Source of the DNA: Hydrolagus colliei
Taxonomy: Eukaryota
Assembly: GCA_035084275.1 (NCBI GenBank)
Contig: CM068743.1
Coordinates: 105,276,001 to 105,340,000, forward strand
Direction: 5' to 3'
Length of the DNA stretch: 64,000 nucleotides
The notes beneath the pieces are model-generated. The model searched no databases. It was not told the origin of the DNA and was given only the letters and a program-made list of their open reading frames with translations. Shown here piece after piece: positions 38,222-49,690 of this stretch (within the stretch, counting starts at the first letter, position 1; each line of letters starts with the position of its first letter). Position numbers and translations under genes: made by a program.

Positions 38222-38585
38222 GTTGGCTTGGTTTAGTTGGTAGCACTCACACCACTGACTCACAAGGCAATAGGTCAAGCTCCACAGGGACTTGTAGCCC
38301 AGGCTGACACTGCAGTGAAGCAGTGACAAAATATTGTACCATCTTTATAAAACTCAGATGGACACTAAAGACCCCTTAACGGTTCTAAGCGAAATGGAAT
38401 TGCCTTGGTATCCTGACCAAATATCCTGCAGCTAATGCTCCAAGTGTTATATTCAATCATGCCCATAGGATCTTGTTGGTGCATTTTGCTGCCACGTTTT
38501 GCCTACAGTCACTACACTCAACACAATTACCAGTGAAGTGTGCAAGGTGATAAGCTGGCTAAAATGCGAGTTTTTCTTTCTTATT
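38222..38585 (+). mobile_element. Old SacSINE1-like DeuSINE
   Basis: ttggtttagttggtagcactc...caggctgacactgcagtg...gctgccacgttttgcctacagtcactacact. Confidence 0.75.
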
Positions 38586-38999
38586 ATTTGAAAACATTAG
38601 TTGTGGGTTTTACTCTTTAATCTTATGGAGTAGTATCCTGCTTTACACAGGTCTAACATGGCTGGACATAAACTACCTAATCCATTCTTTCCAAATTTAA
38701 TACTCGTGTGTCTTGCATTATGTAACTTATTAACAAGATTTCCATTTATCTGAACTTTTTGTACAATATGTTCTGTACTATATGTCTAAAATAACCTCAT
38801 GGATTAGGTTTCATAGGCTGAATGGTCTATCCTGTTCCTGGTTTCCTATGTTCCTTATGTACAATATATCATATATATTACAGTATATATTTTGTATATA
38901 CTGTACTATATACTGTATATATAAATATTTTACACCAGTAATACTCTCTGATCTTAAAACGGGATAGTTTTAATTGTTTGATCCTCTTTGCTTAGCATA

Positions 39000-39342
39000 C
39001 ATTTTGCCCACAAAATACACAGTTAATTCACTTTACCATGTATTTTGTGAAGTGCTTTGAAGCTTCTTGAAGACGTGATAAGTTGCTATATGAAATGCAA
39101 GGATTATTATTACATCTAACACTCTTGTACACACTCGATAATCGCACACTTTATTTTGTAGAGAATAATAATAGATTGGTCATTTCAATCCATGACTGTT
39201 TGTGGGGCACTGCTATGTGCAATTGGCTGCCGCATTTCACCCACAAAATATATACAGTCAATTCACTTTACAGTATATTCTGTGAAGTGCTTTGAGCCAT
39301 CTAGAAGACGTGAAAGCGCTATATCAAATGCAAGGATTATTA
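39000..39342 (+). mobile_element. Two tandem younger DeuSINE 3' fragments
   Basis: Tails ending near 39112 and 39342. Confidence 0.9.
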
Positions 39343-39355
39343 AGTATAATAAAAG

Positions 39356-39719
39356 TAATAATCCTTGCATTTCAAATAGTGCCTTATCACATTTTCTAAC
39401 CATCTCAAAGCACTTCACAGAATATATTAACTGTATATATTTTGTGGGCCCAATATGGCAGCCAGTTGCGCTCAGCAGTGTCCCACAAATAGTCGTGGAT
39501 TGAGTGACACAATTAGAATTATTTACAAATATATATATATTTTGAAGGGATTGTTACCCCTAGAAAAATGATCCATCAATCGACTAACAGCTGGGTTCCA
39601 ACTTACTGTTAAGGAAACAGAGTAAGGAAATTTGGCCACTGTTTGGCTGTGCCTGGGAATCAACCCAGGTCTTCTCGCTTGCGAGGCAAGTTCTCTAACC
39701 ACTAGCGCCACAGGATTCC
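39356..39719 (-). mobile_element. DeuSINE, full length, variant with an extra internal segment
   Basis: Minus-strand head ggaatcctgtggcgctagtggttagag, Deu core and tail. Confidence 0.9.
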
Positions 39720-41110
39720 ACCTTATTGTAATAATTCCTAAATTCACTGGTCTGCATTTTTATATAAAATTATATCTAATGCATTTATTGTTGTAAACAT
39801 TAAGATACACTTCTGTGGAGATGCAACCATAGTTTTTCTGACCAATGCATCATGTTTCTTTGAAATGTTAAAATTTTTAATGCAGAATAGATAGCTTATT
39901 GCACATCAGCTAAGGTATTTATGTATGATCAATAGAATAACAGGCATATTGTAGAGAATTCTTCCCCTGTAATCAGAGGGCAAAACTCCCTATCAGAATT
40001 TCTGTAAATAATTACAGAGGCTTATTCTCTGAAGTATAAATTATTGGAGTCTGAAATACAGCAATTTCTTTATAAAGATAGCAAGTGGGGACTCATTCCA
40101 GTGATCAGAACTACGTCATGTGGACCCATGAGAACTCTGCTCCAAACGTAGAATATGCCAGAATGAAATTCCCATGAGTCAGCATGACATACTTTTTTTT
40201 CCTTATTAAGGAATCTCGTTAGAAATTGTTGCATAATGGAACCTCATAAAGGAACTTAGTATTTTGCTGCTAGGTATTGTGATCTGATCATTTGTATAAT
40301 TTCTGATCATCATACACTCAGATACGCTCACCTCAAAGGTCAGTAAATTTACTGACAAATAGGGAGAATTAGCCAAGTGTTATTGTTAACATCTGTATTT
40401 GAGAGTACCGCTGCATTACACATCATACCAGAACATATTCACTGGAGCATTCACAAAGCAAAAAATAGATTCAAGGTGGATCCACTTAAAATGATAGCAA
40501 TGGACATGCAGGTAGTTGGGAAGACAGGGAGTGGCTGTGTGGGCAGCTGGGACCCGGGGTGACAAGTGGGATGTCTCCAAAACATATAGAAATTACATAT
40601 TGTCACTTGGAGCAATCACCATCCCTAACCTTAATCCTACACCCTCCTACTTTGCCAGTTTATTCAGCTTTGTTGAGTTTTATTGAATGCTACATTGCTT
40701 CATCACTACCCCTACTCGAGTTTAGTACCATAAAGAGTGGTGACAATTCACGATATGTTTCAATATGTTTCTGTCTGTGCTTTCTGTGCTCCCCTTTACA
40801 CGGGTCCGCTTCCACCCTCAGATGTGGTGCCCAGCCAGAATTATCAAATGCGTTGGAACATCTGCACCCCCCTCCCCCCACTCCCCCACCCGCCAATGTT
40901 CAAGGCATTACATAAGTGTAAATTGTATTGTAGTAGATACCGGTATTGGAAACATGTAAACAATGATGTTCTCGCTGCTCAGAACATTCACCATAGCTAT
41001 TTCCTGTTGTAATTCTAGTGTGGCCAATATTGTTTTGTCACCTCGAGATTGAATGGAAACCAGATTTGTATTACATTTTAAGAGAGCAGTTTCCATAGTT
41101 GTTACCTTTC

Positions 41111-41443
41111 ATAATAATATAATCCTTGCATTTGATATTGCGCCTTATCTCATCATTGAAACGCCTCAAAGTGCTTTATAGAATGTACTGTAAGGTGAAT
41201 TGACTATATATTTTGTGGATGAAATGTGGCATCCAATTACATACTGCAAATTCCCACAAACAGTTGTAGATTGAGTGACCAAATTATTATTAGGTAAATA
41301 ACCAGGTTCCTACTCAGTGCTAGGTCAACAGAGTTGTGTGGAGTAAGGAAACTTGCCTAAGGTTTTGTACTGCCTGGGAATTGAACCTGGGTCCTGTCGG
41401 TTGTGAAGCTCTAACTGTCTTAACTAATGCTCTACGGGACTCC
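41111..41443 (-). mobile_element. DeuSINE, full length, variant with an extra internal segment
   Basis: Head ggagtcccgtagagc...ggttcaattcccagg; tail aaatgcaaggatt. Confidence 0.88.
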
Positions 41444-43399
41444 GCATGTAACTGTACGGTGTAAATACTCCGGAGATTATTCAATTTGACTTAGAATGGG
41501 GGAAGGGGAAAAATAGATGCCAGATTTCCATCTGCCTTACCATGATGGTAGATTGTGAGGTTACATTGTGATGGGGTCTGAGAGGTTGCTCTTGGTTTCA
41601 CAACCACTCAACACTAATGCTGTGTTACTAAGGTATCAGCTTAATACAAAATTCAATATTGCATCTGTAAAGCGCCTGTTACGTCAGATGGACGTCCCAA
41701 GCAGCTACAATACAAGCTCAGGGCATAATATTATTAGGAATTATTAATTTCCTAAAGCTTCAAGGCGCAGTGAAGTAAATGGAAGCCATCAAGTAAATTT
41801 GAGAAAAAAACTAATGTTTGACTACATTAGATTTTGTTGTAACCTTTTACAGGCTCAAGACAAAGTGGTAATGTAGATCTCAACAACATGATAAGGCACT
41901 ACATCAAATGCAAGGATTATTATTATTTAGACTCCCATGCTGCTGTTTATGGCTGTATGGCACAAGGGCATACTGCTGGTTTGAATATCCAGCAGATGTA
42001 ACTCTTCGAGGAACCTGAGCATTCAGAGCTGGTGGTAGCAGGAAATGAGCCCAAGTCATGAATATGAAGGGCAGGGGATAATATTACTTTTGAAAGGAAA
42101 GGGAATTATATTCTAATGATAGAGTACATGATCACAGGAAATCTGGCCTAAAACAACACACTTGTTGTGTATTGGCAGAATCCATTTCAGATGCTGTCTG
42201 TGTGAAAAGTGCTTTGAGACACAACTAGGTTTCCTCTTCTGGGTACAGTATATTAAAAGGTCAAAAGAAAAGATTGAGGGCTTTGATTTAACTGAAACAA
42301 TGAAGACACATGAATTAAAATGGCAGATTTTGTGGCCTCACTGTTGTGCCCTCTTCACCTGAGACCACCAACATTTTTTTGCTATTTCCACGTGTTTAAT
42401 TCAACAAAGTTTAAAGGTGCTTGCAGAGTTCAATTAATCTATGGTTAGTTTTACGCCACAGCGAATAGTGGAATGATAGTTTTTGTTGGCTTATTTGAAT
42501 GTTTTGAGAAAAGAAATAGTTATGTTAAATTGCTTGCCCCACCAGGGTGGAGATCTATCGTGTGAGCTGTACTTGTAGAAAATGGTGAATTGGGAATACT
42601 CATATCCTTTATGTACTTTACCAGATGTATTACTGGAAGATATCCACTGTTCTGCAGTCATATCAGAACTCTGCGCTGGAAGGGAGAGAGAGAATTTTTT
42701 TTTCAAGAAGATCAGATGAGAGACTGGCTCTGTATTGTGTTAAATGGGAAAGTTATTCGATTCTTAAGCACTGTCAACCCTCACAGTACTAGTGTATATT
42801 AGAAAAAAATTAGAGAAATCTGGCATACTCCAGTTGTTAAACTGTATCTAAAATAAGGCACATTCAAATTTTACAGTAAAAGAAATCAGCACGAGACATG
42901 CAGTGTTCAAAAGGACAGCGTTCAGTGGTTTGAATGTCATTTCACAATTTGCTTTTAATTAGAAGTAATTTACAGAAACATGCCCACTAGCTAATCTTTA
43001 CGGGATAATTAACTTCCATTTTCTTTACTTTTAATTAAAAAGTAGAAAAGATTTAGCTGATCCATAAAGGATCAGTCTGTTGCAAGCTCCGTCAGACTTT
43101 GCTCTCCTTTTTTTTTGTTATTTGTAGTCCCAGATGTTATCTGCCATTCAGTCTATTCTGAATATGAGCCCTGAACGCTTGAAAACTATAGCAGAGAATC
43201 AGACTTCCAGGCAACTAAGAGAAACAATAGGCTATTCTACGCTATGTGCAACAGTTACAAAAAAAAATGTTTAATGAAATAATTGAACTCCATAAGCGGT
43301 CTGTTTTTTCTTGAGTACAGAAGGGAGTTTCTCCTGGTGTCTTGGCCAACAGTCGGCCAGATAACAAAATTGGTCATTCACTTTATGGCACCAAAATCC

Positions 43400-43685
43400 G
43401 CACGTCCGTCACTCCAGTCCTCGCAAGGCTGCATTAGCTTGCTCCCTGTATCTCAGCGGATTGATTTCAAGGTTCTTAATCTCACCAGTAAATTGTCTCA
43501 CACCCTCACACCTCCCTGTGATCTTCTCCTTCCCCACTACTCTGCTTGACCTCTCTGCTTGACTAACTTGTGCATGACGCACATCCCAATGCTGCACATG
43601 CCCCCTCCATACTGCATTTGGTGGCTGGACCCTTGGCCTAATACCCCGTCGTCTCCACCCCTCCACCGCTCTGTCCACCCCTTGA
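43400..43685 (+). mobile_element. Decayed L2 3' fragment
   Basis: LLPVSQRIDFKVL-like segment followed by a pyrimidine-rich 3' part. Confidence 0.7.
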
Positions 43686-44719
43686 TAGGATTTACTACAA
43701 AATTGAGTGACTCTCTATTTTGTGGGAAAACACACAAAGTGCAGATATGAGGCCTGAAATTCCAGTGTGTTTTGGCCAGTAGGACCATGTTATGATTATC
43801 CCAAGTTGTAGACAATTCTTAATTTTGGTAAATTTGAGACCTTTTTAGAATCTGCTTCCTGATCCAGCAACACACAGGAGAAAGCTATCTCTCCTCTCCC
43901 TTCCTTTGCTTGACATCTGATCCAATCTCAGTGAAGTGCTTCAAGACATTAGCCTATGTAAGGGGTACTACTGTATATAAATGCAATTACTTGTTCTATC
44001 CTTTTAATGTTTGTTAAGAGCATTAATTTAAAAATCATTCTTACTATTTAACTTGTGGACCTTTCAAAGGATTTGGATTCTGCAAAACCATTTTTAGTAA
44101 GAGTTTGAAATATTAATCCAGATGTCTCAAACTGTTTACTCTGTGCTGACTAATCACATGTATATTTGTGTGTCCCTTACCTGTTATTTGTTTGGAGAAA
44201 GACAGAATTCATGGACTTGCCAAGACTTGCAGATCTCTGATGCTAAGAGAGATGCAACTTTTATAGAATTGTCTCTGCTGTGAATCCATATTCTAAATGC
44301 AGTAATCAGCATGTCCACATTTATACATTCAGTGAGGTGGATGAGCTAGATGTATTAAGATTGTAAAGGTGTTCCCCCAAAAAAGCTGTAATATTTTGTA
44401 TCATTTTGATACTGTGGCAAGCAGAAACCAAACCCATTGAGGTCTTCAGTCCCATACTAGGGACATTCAAGGCATGAACCACATGGTGTTTCAGGGTTTA
44501 CGTAGACATGTACTGTAGACTTTGTGTTTTGGTTTGGGAAAAAGATGGTGGATTATTCCCGAACCACGTACATATATTTGAACCTAATGAAAATATATCA
44601 ATATTGTAGCTTGTTGACTAGGAAATGTACTTGTACGTGAATACGAAAGAAGGGACTGAGGGAGATATGTGGAAGCCTATGGTTCCACAGCAACTCTGTA
44701 TTGACAAGTGCAGGTTTAC

Positions 44720-45235
44720 AACGCAAATTGCATGTACGTAGTGCCTTTCTCATCAGAAGTACATTCAAAGGTGGTGGATAGTCAAAGGTTTGCATTTGAG
44801 CTGGAGGTTGGAATCCAGAGGGGTGGAGAGCAAAAAGGTGGGAGTCGGAGAATGACCAAAGGCACAGACAATGACACCAGTCTTGAGATGGGCTTTGAAA
44901 GATACAAGGGAGGGGGTGAGATAGATGGAGTTCCAGAGTTTGGGGGCGGATAGGCTAAAGGCTGATGGTGCGGCGGGGGATATAGAGCAGGCCAGTGCCC
45001 GCCGAGCAGAGGAGTTGGAAGTTTGGTAAGGTTTCACTAGGTCGCAGAATTAAGGGATGAACAAGACAATTAAAATTGAGGATAAGGAGCTGGGTGAGCT
45101 CGGAGGTAATAGGAGCTTGATGTGACAGAGTATATGGGCTGCAGAGTTCTGAATAATCTGCAGCTAGTGGAGAGAACTGTTGGGAAGTCCAGTGGGCAGG
45201 GAGATAGCAGTCAAGGCCGCAAGTAATGTTTACGA
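44720..45235 (-). mobile_element. Decayed L2 3' fragment
   Basis: AFSLSAPKLWNS...SLVSFKAHLKT and an LQIIQNSAA-like segment on the minus strand. Confidence 0.85.
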
Positions 45236-46345
45236 GTGGGACACAGGGAAATATTTCAAAATACATAAATCAAGGGAGTTTTGTGCTCCTGAAATTGCTC
45301 CATGATCATTGTTAAAATTGTCTACATTGGTGGTCTGAATTTATAATGTGATTTTATTTCCCCATTGTAACTGCATCCTTGTGAAGCCAGTGAAATGACT
45401 GATCTGTAGAGAATCATCCCTTTTTGGTTTTCTTCTAGGTCACAACATTTGCTTTCAGGTCTAATTCATAAGATTTGTAAATAGTAACTATGGAACTTGC
45501 TAGGATGCTGATCTATCAAATCGGTCTGAAAGGGGTGCACTTTGGAAGTCAAAACAGACTGTTATCCAAGTGGAGACTCATCTAAATGCAGACAGATCCA
45601 GTAATTATAACTCCTTTGCATATCTTATAATCCTTACCTCTTTATTTTCCCAGAGTTAAGAATGTATGTGCCACTGTGAATTGATCTGGAATTTTGTGCT
45701 TTTTTAAAATTTTGTTTATACAGTAGGGCAGAACCTGATATGTTGGACCCAAATCACTGTAGTATTATGGAGTTGCTATGTATGTAATGGCCTAATTATG
45801 TCATAGGCTCAATTGTTTTATTGTGCAGCAAAATAATAAAACCAAAATAACAAATTGCATACAACAGTAAGCCACAAACAGCTATGAAGTGAATCATGAT
45901 CAATTTTACCAGTGGTTTTGTTGGACAGGACACATGAAATATAGATTCCTCCCTTCATTACCTTCCATGAATACATTATTTTCCAAGTAAGCTCTTGTGT
46001 TGGTGAGGAAGGAGCATGTTATGTGACTAAAGATTTCCTAAATCTGACACTATTTTGAAACATTGCTAGCTAACAAATGAAGTAGCATTACACCAGAGCC
46101 TATGCTACATAAATATGTTAGTTGTTAAGCCTTTGGTTATTAGGAAATTAATTTATCATGGCTTGACACACAGGCAAGGGAACTGATAATGCGTCTTTAA
46201 CTGGAAATCTACGCTGTTTTTAGACTTCCTTTTCCTGACACTTGATACCATTTTATGCTGTGATCTTGAACATTTCAGTGTGTGTGCATCAGAAAGCCAT
46301 GGGTAAAAGCCCCTAATTTAAGAGCTTGATTATTGTTTACACAAG

Positions 46346-46607
46346 TCTAAATTGTGGGTTAAGTTAACAACACAAATGCTAAATTTGTAGGTCGGGTTAA
46401 CCATGTGCAAACACATACAAGTGCACACTTAATTATGTAATTAACAATCCATTTATAGGATTCTATAAACAACTATGATCCTTTTTATTGGTTGTTCATT
46501 ACAGTATTACAAGTACCTTTTAATTCTCCTGTGCGCTTGCATTTGCATGTGGTTAACCTATGTCCATTATCCTTGTACATGGGTTGTTAACCCAACCTAC
46601 AAGTTAA
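46346..46607. repeat. Palindromic (fold-back) element, MITE-like
   Basis: Arm pairs 46385-46401 with 46586-46602 (16/17), 46395-46411 with 46542-46558, and 46418-46427 with 46530-46539; central tttatag-gatt-ctataaa. Confidence 0.7.
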
Positions 46608-46789
46608 GCCGTTTTGACTTTACTGAATGTTGCTGGCTCCGGTTATGTTTGACAGTGGATTCCGAGTTATCCTTTGTAAGAATAGAAGACTTACGTAGTG
46701 GAGGCAGATGGCACTTCATTGATAGGATGAGTCCTGTGCTCTTTGGGTTACTGACTCCCAGTAATCGTAATGTCACTAAATCATGATGT

Positions 46790-46890
46790 CATCTGATCCA
46801 CCTGTTGGTGAAGAAATACTTCCTGGTTTCTATTCTAACCTTTCCCTTCATAATGTTGAGCTTCTGATCTTTGAATTGCACACCAGTCAG
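46790..46890 (-). mobile_element. CR1 fragment, decayed
   Basis: ggtgaagaaatacttcctggtttctattctaacc...ttgagcttctg (RIETRKYFFT-like on the minus strand). Confidence 0.55.
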
Positions 46891-47269
46891 TTGTATGAAG
46901 TGGTCTGCAGCGTCCCCCCAGCATGAAGGGCACTATATGAATACAAATTGTTTTTGCATATAAAATTGTTTTAAAACCCTCATCATACTATATCATTTAT
47001 AACTTGCAATTCGCTTCTATCATACTTTGCAATGTGATTTTAATTTGTTTTTTCATTTTGGTTTGATATCATTCTCTACTTGTTTTAATTCTTGCTTTTC
47101 TGATGCCTTCCCTTGTGTTTCTTTATTTAAATTTGGCTTAGTCCTCAAGACTCACAGCAAAAAATATCAACAGGGAGGAGGGGGGTGGAGGGGCAAACCT
47201 TTGTGATCTTTGCAGTTAGGTTCCCAGGTTCCTAAAAAAAAAAGGTTAGGATTCCTTCCCTCGATGCGT

Positions 47270-48446
47270 CGCAGCTATCTAGCTACTGGCCCATCTCCAG
47301 CCTCCCCTTCCTTTCCAAGGTCCTTGAAAGAGTGGTTGCCTCCCTGCTCCGCTCTTTCCTCACACAACACTCACTCCTCGAACCCCTCTAATTGGGTTTC
47401 CCTGCCTCCCACAGCACGGAAACTGCCCTGGTCAAGGTCACAAACGATATCCTGACCATCTGTGACCAGGGCTCCCTCTGCCTCCTCATCCTCCTCGACC
47501 TATCCGCTGCCTTCAATACTGTGGACCATGGTATCCTCCTCCACCGCCTCTCCTCCCTCCTCAACCTGCAAGGATCTGTCCTCTAATGGTTCTGATCCTA
47601 TCTCTCCCATCACCTTCACTTTGTCTCTTCCAACGGCTTCTCCTCCAGCCCCCGCACAGTCACATGCAGCGTTCCCCAGGGCCCTGTCCTTGGCCCCCTG
47701 CTCTTCACCCTCTACACTCTCCCCCTGGGCGATATCATCAGTAGACATGGGTAAATTTCCACATGTACACGGATGACACCCAACTCTACCTATCCGCATC
47801 AACCCTCGATTCCAGGATCAGTTCTGATTGCATGTCTGTCCGACATCGAGTCCTGGAGGAGGGCAAATTTCCTACAACTCAACGTCAACAAGACGGAAGC
47901 TCTCCTGGTTGGCTCACATCAGTGCCTTCGCACCTCAGGCGCTGAGAACATCAGCGTTCAAGGTTGCTCTCTCCACCTCTTGAAGCCAATCAGGAATCTG
48001 GGCGTCTTGTTCGACCCCGAGCTATCCTTCCTTCCCCCACATCCGATCCATGACTGGCAGAGCCTTCCATCACCTCCACAATATTGCCAGATTCTGCCAC
48101 TACCTCACCGTCCATGCTGCCAAAACTTTCATCCACGCCTTTATCACTTCCAGGCTCAACTACGGGAACTTTTTCCTCGTTGGCCTCCCCAGCTCCTCCC
48201 TTTACAGGCTGCAGATCATTCAGAACTCTGCAGCTCGTGTACTCTCCCATATCAGGCTTCGCGACCACATCACTCCCACCCTCGTCCGTCTCCACTGGGT
48301 CCCCATCACTCCTTCCCCTACTTCGACCCTCTCCCCCCGCCCCCACCTCCCCACCCTGCTCGGGTCCTGACCAGACTGTTCCGCACTTTGGGACATCCTC
48401 ATGACGTGAAAGGCCCTATATAAGTGCAATTTTGTTGTTGTTGTTG
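47270..48446 (+). mobile_element. L2 LINE, 5'-truncated, RT domain with an internal deletion near the 3' end
   Basis: [50 protein letters not shown] and YTDDTQLY motifs; (GTT)n tail. Confidence 0.97.
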
Positions 48447-48506
48447 GCCCTTGGGATGTCCTATCGACATGAAAAGCTCTTTACAAATGCAATTTTGTTG
48501 TTGTTA
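48447..48506 (+). mobile_element. Second L2 3' terminus in tandem
   Basis: gcccttgggatgtcc...aaatgcaattttgttgttgtt directly after the first tail. Confidence 0.85.
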
Positions 48507-49494
48507 GTTAAGAAGGTCTGCAGTATTCCAGAGCACTGTTAATGGCAGACCAACCAGTATGGCTCATTGGCAGGATTTGGAGTAGCTTACCAGACTTTGA
48601 GATTGTTAAACATGCTTTCAAAAGCAAGCATTGCAGTTTTTGCTTGTTAGATGCCAGCAGTACCCAAACGCACACTTTGAAAGCATTGGTTCTTACCAAC
48701 CTGCACCTAATACTGTCTGGAAATAGGTAGGCAGGATGCATCCCTGTAGGGAGAGAGTGCACATTCCCATCCCTGGAAATGTCCATGTGTAGTTGACATG
48801 AATAAAATGCTTGGTCTGGTTTGGATTGTTTTAAACAAGTTGGTGGGTTAGACGTATGACTGACAAAAAAAAAGAGTACCCTCAGATCTAAGAACTGTTG
48901 CCTAGGTTCTGCTTGTCAACTGGAAATACCATTAGGAATATGGTTGCCTGTAGAAATGAATGAAGAATTCTCAAGTCTCCCATATCCAACTAGGAAGTCC
49001 TTGATAAGTGCATGATGATACACAATGCCGTTCTAAGATCGGTTAGCAGGTGGGGAGCATTATTGAGGTGAGCCAATGCTGCAATCGCCTCATCAAAGGT
49101 TTCACTTCTCAGGACTGTGCTAGAGAAAATTCCAATGTACCTCCAGATAAGAGGATTATGCACTTCATGGCTGTTTTGTGGGGCCAGCTGTGTGGAAATT
49201 GACTGCTGCATTTGTCTGCAAATGCACTCACGACACATGACTAAAGTTTCTTGTAAAATAATTTTACATGTTTGGATATCCAAATTCCAATATTTTATGC
49301 AATTTTTAAAGTAAATCAATATCCCTGTTGTGCTACACTCTTTTTCAGATCACTAGCACAATATACCCTGTACCATATTCTCTAATTAAAATCCTTTATC
49401 CTGTAATCGTGGGCATATTAGCTGGAAGCATTCTGCTTCACTGGTGAATGGTGAACAATGTTTTTTCGAGAGTGGAAGTAGGACAGTGATGATT

Positions 49495-49690
49495 ATTCAT
49501 ACTTTTATGCGGATGACACCTAATTCTGTCTGCTCTACCTTTGAATGTAGGATTACTGATATTCTGACAGATTGACTATCAGGGGTCAAGTCCTGCATGA
49601 GCTGTAACTTTCTTAAGTTAAAAACAGCTAAGACCCAGCCTCTTCTCTCCTGTTTGCTTCCTATCAGTGTCTTCTCATCTCAGATACTGA
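49495..49690 (+). mobile_element. Decayed L2 RT fragment
   Basis: ttttatgcggatgacacc (FYADDT)...aagtcctgcatgagctgtaactttcttaagttaaa. Confidence 0.8.
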
